Below are positions 49,953 through 58,097 of a stretch of 64,000 nucleotides of DNA, one piece after another. Source of the stretch: an uncultured Gammaproteobacteria bacterium (lineage in GTDB: Bacteria; Patescibacteriota; Patescibacteriia; Magasanikbacterales; JBBTQS01); the NCBI GenBank assembly GCA_965230935.1, contig OZ246400.1:310359-374358 (forward strand), written 5' to 3'. Position 1 is the first letter of the stretch. Each line of letters starts with the position of its first letter. A program made the position numbers and the translations under genes. Under the pieces are notes generated by a model, which did no database searches, was not told where the DNA came from, and worked only from the letters and a program-made list of their open reading frames with translations.

Positions 49953-51424
49953 ACCAATACTTGTGCGGTAGCAATTGCTAATCCAATAGGCAACCACATC
50001 TTTGCGTTATAGTAAGACGTATTTAATAACTGATACACCATAGCACCTAAGACCATCACGATGAGCGCACCAAGCAATCGGCGATCATCCTGTTTTGTGA
50101 TCGTGCGATAAGAGCGTATAAGTGTTGCCATAATAGCCAACAACAATACCACCCATGCAAGTAAGCCGATCATTCCATTTTCTGCAATTACTTTTTGAAT
50201 CATGCCATGGGCATCAAGTGGATCACCGTACTCAATAGCAAAAATCCGAGTATCAGCCACGATCGGAATAAAGCTTCCTGGGCCATTGCCAATCCATGGA
50301 CTGCGTTTAAAATATTCCCAAGAAATCTCGGTCAGATCAAGTCGAGTACTAGTCGAGCCAGCAACCAAGCGACTTGATGAAATTGCCGTCATATAGATCA
50401 CTGCTGGCAAAAGCATGAGCAAAATAACCCCAGCAATTTTCCCGGCATGTTTACCAACTACTGATCGCTTGATCTGTACGCGATACAAATACATGAATCC
50501 CATAAGCTCAACTGCCAGTACAATCCAAGCGGTTCGTGCAAAAGTTAATAGCGCCACCAATGCAATTACTGCGGTAGCCAAAAAATACCATTTCTTTTTC
50601 CAGCTTGCTCGCTCATGATATACAAAGTACACCCCAATAGGAACCATCAACACTAACACTTCCGCTAAGAGATTGTGGTTGTAGCCAAGCGGTGCAAAAT
50701 TACCAATGGCAAATGGAGTGGCACGGTGCCAAAGTCCACCAAATGGACCAACAAAAATAAACGACACAGCTCCCATAAGCGCACTGAGTACGCCAGCAGC
50801 GAAAAACGAGCGCAAGGCACGCAACACCATCTTGCTGTTTTTAATAATACTATTTGGGAGTACCACAAACATGACATACATGAAGATGATTGGGCGCAAA
50901 ATAAACTTAACACCAATCAAGAAAAGCTCCTGATTGGCACCAAATAATGACAGTACATGCGTGAGTACCAACGCCACAAAAAACCAAAGCAAGGGCGTGC
51001 TGCGCATCAGTGAAACCTCACGACGGGGAAGCAACACCAGAATACGCAAAACCAAAGCAGCTAAGAGCACCAACGCGAAAAAATCAACAAATGGTGCGTC
51101 AACCGATGAAAGATATGGAATCCGTCGAGACCATTCATACGATCCAAAATTCACAATCAAGCCGGTGAATGGGGCAAAAAATGCCAACACATACAGACCA
51201 ATATCGAGTCGATAGGCAAAAAAAGCAATTGCTGCCAATGCTAAGAAAATTGCCAAGGGCAACCAACCGGAGAATATTGTGACAATCGCCGCAACGGCCA
51301 GTACGGAAAGCCCGAATAAAAAGGCGGTTTTCCGTTGTTCACCACCAACAATAACTACATCTGAAAAATCAAATGCATCGTCAAGTTGATGGTAGGAAAC
51401 ATCTGTTTTAATTACCCGTGCCAT
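49922..51424 (-). CDS. O-antigen ligase/polymerase-like (Wzy_C) membrane protein without TPR tail
   Basis: 500 aa, multi-TM, with TFARTAWIVL ... DAHGMIQKVIAENGMIG matching the Wzy_C-type loop. Confidence 0.55.
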   Translation of the reverse strand: MARVIKTDVSYHQLDDAFDFSDVVIVGGEQRKTAFLFGLSVLAVAAIVTIFSGWLPLAIFLALAAIAFFAYRLDIGLYVLAFFAPFTGLIVNFGSYEWSRRIPYLSSVDAPFVDFFALVLLAALVLRILVLLPRREVSLMRSTPLLWFFVALVLTHVLSLFGANQELFLIGVKFILRPIIFMYVMFVVLPNSIIKNSKMVLRALRSFFAAGVLSALMGAVSFIFVGPFGGLWHRATPFAIGNFAPLGYNHNLLAEVLVLMVPIGVYFVYHERASWKKKWYFLATAVIALVALLTFARTAWIVLAVELMGFMYLYRVQIKRSVVGKHAGKIAGVILLMLLPAVIYMTAISSSRLVAGSTSTRLDLTEISWEYFKRSPWIGNGPGSFIPIVADTRIFAIEYGDPLDAHGMIQKVIAENGMIGLLAWVVLLLAIMATLIRSYRTITKQDDRRLLGALIVMVLGAMVYQLLNTSYYNAKMWLPIGLAIATAQVLVCQKTTSKSK

Positions 51425-51633
51425 GGTCTGTTTTACTACACTGAAATAATTCCCATTCGTATGGGAAGTACCCCCAGTATACTATAAAAATCGCTCAAAA
51501 TACAGCAGAAAATACTGAAGGCCGGAGGGCGTAGCGAAGTTCATCGCGTTGCCCACCGGCCCCCGGTGTTGTTGTATGTCATGTACGACAGTAGGTGTGT
51601 CAGATCAGACGGACGATCCCCGCCCCAGCACCC

Positions 51634-53649
51634 TTACGGGCAGCAGGAGAGGTTGTAGCCGGAGTCCCCGTTCGTGACCGTGATGCAGCTCAGCGCGGCG
51701 CCACCCTGGGGGGTGACGATCAGGCTGGTGATCACATTGGTCTCGGACGGGTAGTAGGAGTTCGGAGCGAAGTTCTCCGTCTTGTAGGAAACCCACAACT
51801 CCATACAGGCCCCGGCCGGGGCGTCGAACATGCCGCTGAGCGAGGTGCCCAACAACTCGTTCTTGCCCCAGGTGTAGAGCGACTTGTCCCCGGCGTCACC
51901 ACCGGAGTCCTCGTCGTCCTTCCCGGACCAGTTCGTGCAACCGACGAGCGACGTCCAACCAGACGCCGCCGACGGCTCGACCTGCTCAGCATCCAGGCAC
52001 CACCAACCATACAAGGTCGCCCCGTACAGGTCGGTGTTGGCCTGGATGTCGGCGGTGTAGGTGACGACGCCCGAAGGCGGCGCCGGCGCCTGGCAGCTCC
52101 CATCCGGCTCGCAGGTGTACCCCGAGGGGCAACCCACCAACTCGCACGAGTCCTTGTGCACGCACTCGTAGCCGGCTGCAAGCGCCGGCTTCTCGACGCA
52201 CACGTGATTCGCTGCACAGGTGACGACCTTGAGACCGCCATCGAAGCACTGGCCACCCGAGCAGTACGGCAGGCTGCACGCCATGCCATCGCTGTCCGAG
52301 CAGTTCGCGTCGATCGCGCACTCCAGGAACTGGCACTGGCCGCCGAAGCAAGCCGCGCCACCGGAGCAATTCCCACAGTTTCCGCCGCACCCGTCGGCAC
52401 CGCACTCCTTCCCCCCGCAATCGGGGACGCACACCGGCGGCTTGGCCACGCACGTGTGCGTGGTCAGCTCGCACTCCTGGTCCGCGTTGCAGTGCGAGTT
52501 GGACTCGCACATGCCGGGCTTGAGGCTGTACTGACACCCGACCGAAGCCAGGCAGCTGTCGTTGGTCCAGGACTTGCCGTCGCTGCACGCGATCGGCGTG
52601 TACGTGCACGCCCACTCGCCGTCCACCATCTGACAGGTGTCCGACGTGCAGGTGTTGCTGTCGTCGCAGTCGGAACTGCTCGAGCACGCCGGGGGATCCG
52701 GCAACACGCACTGCTTCTCCACACACGGCTCCCCACCGCAGTCCGAGTTCTCCTCGCACTGCGGCTGCACGGCCAGGTCGACCTGGCACTTCCCGCCGGC
52801 GCAGAAGCCGACGGTCGTGGGGTCCCCGGCCGTGATGCACTCCTCGTCACTCGTGCACTCGGGCGGAGGAATCTCGCACGTGCCGGCCACGCAGACCGAC
52901 CCGGCGGCACACGTGCCGCACAGCACCGAAGTGCCGCAGTTGTTGAGATGCTCCCCACACTCCAGCCCGTTGCACGTCTGCACGACGCTCTCGGGCACGC
53001 AGGGCGTGTCGATGGGCGTGTGGACGCACCCCGTGGTGGGGTTGCAGGAGTCCTGGGTGTTCGAGTTCTGGTCGTCGCAGACGAGCGCCTCGAACTGGCA
53101 CCCGCCGCCGCTCACCGAGCAGGAGTCCGACGTGCAGGCATCGCCATCGTCGCACACGGTCACACTCCCCTGGCACGCGTTGGCGCCACAGGTGTCGTTC
53201 TCGGTGCACGGGTTCTCGTCGTCGCACGGCTTGGTATTGGGTGTGTACTCGCACACGCCCGCCACGCAGGCGTCGTCCGTGCAGAAGTTGCCATCATTGC
53301 AGTCCATCCCATCACAGGGATCGACCGGCTCAGCGCACGACCCGCCCTCACAGGCGGCACCACCCGGGCACACCGGCCCGCACTCGCCACCGCACCCATC
53401 GGCCCCGCACTCCTTGCCGTAGCAATCGGGAGTGCAGACGTCCGGCTCGTCGGTGTCGGGCGTGTCCGCATCCGGCTCGTCCGTATCCGGCTCGTCCACG
53501 TCGGGATCGCTCCCCGTGTCCGCATCCGGCTTCTCGGTGTCGGTCATCTGGACGTCGGCCACCTCGTCGGCCGGAACGTCACTCGGGTTACAACCACCTG
53601 CCAGCGCAAGCGCCAGCAGGACGAACGCAAAACGCGTGAGCTGCTTCAT
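51634..53649 (-). CDS. high-GC lipoprotein with Asp/Pro/Thr-rich linker and tandem cysteine-rich repeats (Myxococcota-type CxDxNxCTxDxC)
   Basis: Signal peptide plus lipobox MKQLTRFAFVLLALALAGGC. Repeats CDGMDCNDGNFCTDDAC, CDDENPCTENDTC, CDDGDACTSDSC, CDDQNSNTQDSC, CDDSNTCTSDTC. PDCxGKECGADGCGGxCGxC occurs twice (internal duplication). About 70% GC with GC3 near 90%. The antisense 709-aa ORF is judged spurious. Confidence 0.65.
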   Translation of the reverse strand: MKQLTRFAFVLLALALAGGCNPSDVPADEVADVQMTDTEKPDADTGSDPDVDEPDTDEPDADTPDTDEPDVCTPDCYGKECGADGCGGECGPVCPGGAACEGGSCAEPVDPCDGMDCNDGNFCTDDACVAGVCEYTPNTKPCDDENPCTENDTCGANACQGSVTVCDDGDACTSDSCSVSGGGCQFEALVCDDQNSNTQDSCNPTTGCVHTPIDTPCVPESVVQTCNGLECGEHLNNCGTSVLCGTCAAGSVCVAGTCEIPPPECTSDEECITAGDPTTVGFCAGGKCQVDLAVQPQCEENSDCGGEPCVEKQCVLPDPPACSSSSDCDDSNTCTSDTCQMVDGEWACTYTPIACSDGKSWTNDSCLASVGCQYSLKPGMCESNSHCNADQECELTTHTCVAKPPVCVPDCGGKECGADGCGGNCGNCSGGAACFGGQCQFLECAIDANCSDSDGMACSLPYCSGGQCFDGGLKVVTCAANHVCVEKPALAAGYECVHKDSCELVGCPSGYTCEPDGSCQAPAPPSGVVTYTADIQANTDLYGATLYGWWCLDAEQVEPSAASGWTSLVGCTNWSGKDDEDSGGDAGDKSLYTWGKNELLGTSLSGMFDAPAGACMELWVSYKTENFAPNSYYPSETNVITSLIVTPQGGAALSCITVTNGDSGYNLSCCP

Positions 53650-54161
53650 GGTCGTTTCTCCATACCATGCTGCTGTGGATATTCATGTCGACGCCTTGCC
53701 GACACTATCTCCACAATTCTTTAAACTGTCGATTGGTTCAGTTGTAATGATCATAATGCTCATTTCAACCGTCGCATACAATTATCCCTATTGGATTGCT
53801 GTACGCGACTGTCGAAAAAAGAAGCATGTACTTTGATCGTTCGGCTCAAGGTGCATTATTGAAGGAGGGCACAATAGTGTACCGAACCGAACGGTCACAA
53901 TACATGCTTGACGCAAAAAAAATGAGACCAAACCCCCTTCAATTTGGTTGTAAACTGGTACTACTGTGACGTTGGATAATAGCATAATCATTGCTTTCTG
54001 TCAACCCCTTAATTTAGGTAAAAGTATGATCTTGTATACCCAACACAACAAAAGCAAAATTTTGACTAAATTTAAATAAATTTCAAAGCCCACGGAGAAG
54101 TTCATCCTCGTGGGCTAAGAAGTTGTGTGTTGTGGTTTGATGCTGGCCGCTTACGCGACGA

Positions 54162-55412
54162 TCAGAATGCGGCGCCGCCGCCGAGCGCGCAGGCCCAGCC
54201 CCGCGACTCGTCACCCTGTACATTGGCCCGCCAAGACGGACCGCACACGAGCGCGAAATGCGGCCGAACTGCGTCCGTGACCTCACCCAGGTCGTAGGTC
54301 AGGCCGAACAACAGGTCCAGGTCGTGCCGATCGTAGGCGTCGAAGCTGCTCACGCGCGAGTTCAGGCTCATCCACTCGAACATGCCGCGAAAACGCAACT
54401 GCTCGAGCCAGAGCTTGAAATCGATGCCAAAGCCCAACGCGAACCGCGACGCGACGTTGGAGTCCCGGTCGATGCTCGGGGTGTTCTCCAGGTCGGGCTC
54501 GCCCCCCACGCCGAAGCGCGTGAGCACGAACGCGTCGAACACGCCGTTGAACAGGTTGGCGAACCGCAGCTCGAAGTCCAACGTGCCGGCACCGAGCAGG
54601 TCCTCCTCGCCCATCACGTCATCACCCGCAAAACCCCGCAGGTCAGCGCTCAGGCGCAGAACGAACCGCAACGCGAAGCGCTTGGAAAACTCGTCCAAAC
54701 GCATGTCGTGATCGTCGAGCCGACCTTCGATCCGGTCCAGACGAGGAACGACACCGTCGGTGTCACCGTCGGCGGGGTCGATCACCCCATCGCCGTCCAG
54801 GTCCACGCCGTCGAGACGTCGCTCGAGCACGCTCACCCGGCCGGTACGCTGATGATCCAACGCGTGAAGACGATCGTTCTGGTGCCGATCCAACTGCGCC
54901 TGCTCCCAATCCCGCTTGTGCTGCACGCACACGCTGGTGTCGTAGCTGACCACGACGTACCGCTGACCACGCGGGGCGTTGGTGCGCCCCTGAATGCAGG
55001 TCATGGCCTGCGCCGGCCAACTCAGGCTCTTGCGCTGCGCGTACACCGGTAGCGTGTCCCGGATCTTGGCGCACCGGCCGTTGGCCAGGTCACGCTGCCG
55101 GTCCAGGTTCCCCCGGTGCTCGCCGATGGAGTCGGTGAACCCCTGGGCACGAAAGCGCAGACACTGGTTGGGGCTGTGGTGCACCTCACGCGTCATGCGA
55201 TCGAGGAGCTTGACGGCGGCGGCAGCCGGCGGCCCACCCGGCGTCAAGCCAAGACGCTGGATGCCGTACCGGCCGAACTTGCCCACGTACGAGCCGTCCT
55301 CGGGCATATCCCAGCCCGTAAACGGGTTGCGGGACGCCTGGGCAGACGCCACAGAGGTGAAAAGACACGAAACGATCAAAGCGGCGAGAGCCGCGGCGAT
55401 CCGCTGCTGCAT
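54162..55412 (-). CDS. high-GC secreted OmpA-like domain protein with TSP3-type Ca-binding Asp repeats and beta-rich C-terminus ending in Phe (outer-membrane-protein-like)
   Basis: Signal peptide MQQRIAAALAALIVSCLFTSVASAQA. AQGFTDSIGEHRGNLDRQRDLANGRCAKIRDTL matches the OmpA-C peptidoglycan-binding motif (GxTDxxG..N..LSxRRAxxVxxxL). DLDGDGVIDPADGDTDGV is TSP3-like. C-terminal ...GGGAAF. Confidence 0.55.
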   Translation of the reverse strand: MQQRIAAALAALIVSCLFTSVASAQASRNPFTGWDMPEDGSYVGKFGRYGIQRLGLTPGGPPAAAAVKLLDRMTREVHHSPNQCLRFRAQGFTDSIGEHRGNLDRQRDLANGRCAKIRDTLPVYAQRKSLSWPAQAMTCIQGRTNAPRGQRYVVVSYDTSVCVQHKRDWEQAQLDRHQNDRLHALDHQRTGRVSVLERRLDGVDLDGDGVIDPADGDTDGVVPRLDRIEGRLDDHDMRLDEFSKRFALRFVLRLSADLRGFAGDDVMGEEDLLGAGTLDFELRFANLFNGVFDAFVLTRFGVGGEPDLENTPSIDRDSNVASRFALGFGIDFKLWLEQLRFRGMFEWMSLNSRVSSFDAYDRHDLDLLFGLTYDLGEVTDAVRPHFALVCGPSWRANVQGDESRGWACALGGGAAF

Positions 55413-55556
55413 GGAACTCTCCTATCACCGCCCTTAGCAAGGCGCGGTTATACACACGCCCAGAGGGCAGGCCAACAGGATCTCTTGATGTCGCTCGCTG
55501 CTCCATCTGCATCAATCCTGTGAATGAGCACGAATCAAATAGGTTATCCTACTGAT

Positions 55557-55601
55557 TGCGCAATGAATACTGTCCACTAGCATGAACCTCATTCATTGCG
55601 C
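55557..55601. promoter_or_regulatory. large inverted repeat TGCGCAATGAAT-N22-ATTCATTGCGC upstream of the OmpA-like gene
   Basis: 11/12-bp arms located 145-190 bp upstream of the start at 55412, in an AT-rich spacer. Confidence 0.35.
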
Positions 55602-55842
55602 TCAGTAGACGTATTTGTGATTTCACTCAGAAAATCCGCCTATTTTGAACAGTTCACCTTACCACAATCGCTTAATCTTGTCAAGAGAACAAATTATACT
55701 AAAAAAACCTTTAACTTACCTAAAATTAAACAAAATTCAAGAGAGCCCACACCTTGTATGATTCCGCGGTTAGCGGTACAAAATATGGGCCCGTCTCGGG
55801 TTGTTGTGTTGTGATGTGTGCGCCAGCTACGGCTCAGCCGGC

Positions 55843-57045
55843 TCAGCGACCGAAGATCGGCAACGGTGGCCGCCGGCGTAGTAGCCGTGACCCGTGCGCG
55901 AGAGCCGCTGGAGCCGCTTGTCGCCACCGCGAACGGAGCGACGGGCGAGCCCGACGAGCCGGCCGAGACCGACGCGGCGAGTAGCTGGACGTGTCCGCCT
56001 TGCACTGGTGGGTGCTGGTGTCGCACGTCTTGCCGCTGCCGCACTGCTCGTCCTTGTAGCAACCGCGCACGCACCGGTTGGGCGTCCCCGCCTTGCAGTA
56101 GGAAAGCCCGACGCAGTCCTCGTTCTGGGTGCACTCGTCCGCCTTCACGCACCGGCCCGTGCCCGCGATCGCCTCGCACGTCTCGTTGGAGCCGCACTGG
56201 GCGTCGGACGTGCACTCCTTGAGCGACACGCACTTGCCACGCACGCAGGTCTGATCCGGGGCGGCACACGGCGCCGCGTCCGAACAGGCGCCCGCACGCG
56301 AACTCCGACTGGTACGACGACCCGCCCGACGCGCACGACGCGCACGACGCGTGTCGGCCTGGCGGTACTTCCCCCAGCCGAGCCGCTCAGCGGCCGCCTC
56401 GAGGTAACCGATCTTGTCGTCCTCACTGGCGCCGGTCCGACCCGCGAGCGCGCGCTCCTGGGTCAGCGCCTGGTGGGCGTCGCGCTTGGCCTGCGGCCAG
56501 TAGCGGAAGCTCCCGTCGAACAGAACCACGTCCTCGAGCGTCTCGGCCAGCGTCACGAGCTGATCCACGCTGAACTTCGGAAGGTCGTCCTTGCTCGCCG
56601 CGGCGCCCCCGAAGGTGACGGCCGCCACAGCCTTACGGATCTCACGGTTCTGCACCTCGTCGCCCTCCCAGCGGGAGACGACGTTCTGCCGGAACCAGTC
56701 GAGCTTGGCGGTACGCGTGGACTCGGCGGTCTGCGCGTCGGCGATCGACTGCATGTTCCGCGCGCACGCCGTCGGATCGAAGTCCGGAGCGCAGCACTTG
56801 GGCACGCACGCACCGCCACCGGCGGGCGCGATCGCCCCACCGCCCGGACGTCCGGCCGGACCGCCACCCGGCACCTCGCACTTGGAAGTAACGGTGTTGC
56901 ACTTGGTCGCGCCGTTCACCGGCGCGGCCGCCGCGCACTGCGGGTCGGTCATGCATGGAGATCCGACATCGGCCATGGCCGCCGGGGACGCCAGCGCGAT
57001 GAGCGCGGCGACGAAAATCTTGGAAAAGGGCTGGTTGTTTCGCAT
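55843..57045 (-). CDS. high-GC secreted cysteine-rich protein with Arg-rich low-complexity segments
   Basis: Signal peptide MRNNQPFSKIFVAALIALASPAAMA. N- and C-terminal Cys-rich modules (CVRGKCVSLKECTSDAQCGSNETCEAIAGTGRCVKADECTQNEDC...). The RRARRARRAGRR and PRRSRPARRARP stretches may be real or local frame errors. The antisense 402-aa ORF is judged spurious. Confidence 0.5.
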   Translation of the reverse strand: MRNNQPFSKIFVAALIALASPAAMADVGSPCMTDPQCAAAAPVNGATKCNTVTSKCEVPGGGPAGRPGGGAIAPAGGGACVPKCCAPDFDPTACARNMQSIADAQTAESTRTAKLDWFRQNVVSRWEGDEVQNREIRKAVAAVTFGGAAASKDDLPKFSVDQLVTLAETLEDVVLFDGSFRYWPQAKRDAHQALTQERALAGRTGASEDDKIGYLEAAAERLGWGKYRQADTRRARRARRAGRRTSRSSRAGACSDAAPCAAPDQTCVRGKCVSLKECTSDAQCGSNETCEAIAGTGRCVKADECTQNEDCVGLSYCKAGTPNRCVRGCYKDEQCGSGKTCDTSTHQCKADTSSYSPRRSRPARRARPSLRSRWRQAAPAALAHGSRLLRRRPPLPIFGR

Positions 57046-57305
57046 GTTATTGCCCCCTCCTCGAGGCTCACCTGTTTTGCAGGCTTCTGGAAATGCGAAT
57101 AGAAACTACGGGAGCCATCCCTTAGTGTTGGGAAAAACCCCGGCGGCACAATCGGGATGATCCTCCCATAGTACTGTGTGCCTAGCCAACGACCTCATGT
57201 CGTCTGAGCGGTCCACGAGACCGCCTACGTACCGATAAATCGTCACGCGCCTTGAGGAAGACTGAGTAAACTTAGTTCCTCCTCAGGGATCGCGACAGAT
57301 CCAGT

Positions 57306-57338
57306 TCACTATAGTAACAGATGACGTTACCATAGTGA
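57306..57338. promoter_or_regulatory. inverted repeat TCACTATAGTAAC-N7-GTTACCATAGTGA (followed by TGACAA-gatt-TTGTCA)
   Basis: 12/13-bp arms located about 260 bp upstream of the 55843..57045 gene start, in the AT-rich junction region of the GC island. Confidence 0.35.
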
Positions 57339-57380
57339 CAAGATTTTGTCAAGTAAATGTATTTATTCACAAAATTTAAA

Positions 57381-57411
57381 AAATAGCTAAATTTAAGCTA
57401 TTTTACAAAAA
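57381..57411 (-). terminator. intrinsic terminator of the wzz-like gene (AATAGCTAAATTTAAGCTATT hairpin plus T-run on minus strand)
   Basis: Near-perfect hairpin about 25 nt downstream of the stop at 57433, followed on the minus strand by TTTTTT. Confidence 0.5.
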
Positions 57412-57432
57412 ACGACCTAATTTAGGGGTTAT

Positions 57433-58089
57433 TTAGGAATGCACACCAAACATCACATGGTCATTTTTCTTACCACGTGTACGAGATTCTTTGGCAAATA
57501 ATACGCGCAAAGAGGCTAAAATTAGCCCAAAAAGAAATCCAACAATCGCATTGACGATCAGATTTGGTTTTACTGGAAATCGAGAGGTTACTGGGGAATC
57601 CACTACTTTAAACCCGGTTTGCGGATTAACATAATTTTCTCCATTGGTAATCAAGGTGGTAATAACTGCCTGTGCAGTCAATTGTGCCTGTTGTGGATCC
57701 TCATGATAGGCGGTAATACTCAGTACTCCAGTCCCGGCATGAATCTGTGGATCGATCATCCGTTTCCAAAATCGACGACGTTGCCGCTCAGTTTCTGGAA
57801 AATCACTAGTTACGACTTGAGGTTCGATTGCCATTACTTCTGATAAGAACACACTGGTTTGTACAATTGTGGCAAGGTTCTCCCCGGTACGTTCTGCAGA
57901 CTTAATTACCGTGTACGGATCAATACCAAACCCCTGTCGCGGAATAATCAACACACTTCCGGTTGCGCTGTACTTAAGTGGAAACAACAAACTTAAGCCA
58001 ACAGCAAAAATTGCTACTACGATTCCTACACCAAACAAAAATTTGGAACGCTGGAGAAGAATCAGCAAATAGGATTGCTCAGTTGCCAT
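57433..58089 (-). CDS. polysaccharide chain-length determinant-like protein (Wzz/PCP family, short form)
   Basis: N-terminal TM (FGVGIVVAIFAVGLSLLFP) and C-terminal TM (IVNAIVGFLFGLILASL) bracket a soluble domain. N-terminal LLQRSK...PLKYSATGSVLI is typical of Wzz. Confidence 0.55.
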   Translation of the reverse strand: MATEQSYLLILLQRSKFLFGVGIVVAIFAVGLSLLFPLKYSATGSVLIIPRQGFGIDPYTVIKSAERTGENLATIVQTSVFLSEVMAIEPQVVTSDFPETERQRRRFWKRMIDPQIHAGTGVLSITAYHEDPQQAQLTAQAVITTLITNGENYVNPQTGFKVVDSPVTSRFPVKPNLIVNAIVGFLFGLILASLRVLFAKESRTRGKKNDHVMFGVHS

Positions 58090-58097
58090 AGTAAAAA

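Noticed and set aside
51595-53724. 709-aa + strand ORF, with further long ORFs at 51732..52400, 51986..52840, 52464..52958 and 52637..53422
   Set aside because: All lie antisense or out of frame within the 70%-GC lipoprotein gene. Their products are Arg/Ala/Pro/Gly-rich low-complexity sequence typical of spurious ORFs in high-GC DNA. The minus-strand frame has a lipoprotein signal and coherent repeats.
53650-54161. Possible small gene or ncRNA in the 512-bp AT-rich spacer (for example ORF 53788..53991)
   Set aside because: Only a 67-aa ORF with no RBS or family signal. The region is better explained as a promoter/terminator spacer. A terminator-like hairpin (GCCCACGG...CGTGGGC, about 54090-54118) is present but no convincing gene.
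55894-57102. 402-aa + strand ORF overlapping the Cys-rich secreted protein gene
   Set aside because: Antisense to a frame with a clear signal peptide and Cys-rich modules. Its product is R/P/A/G-rich garbage.
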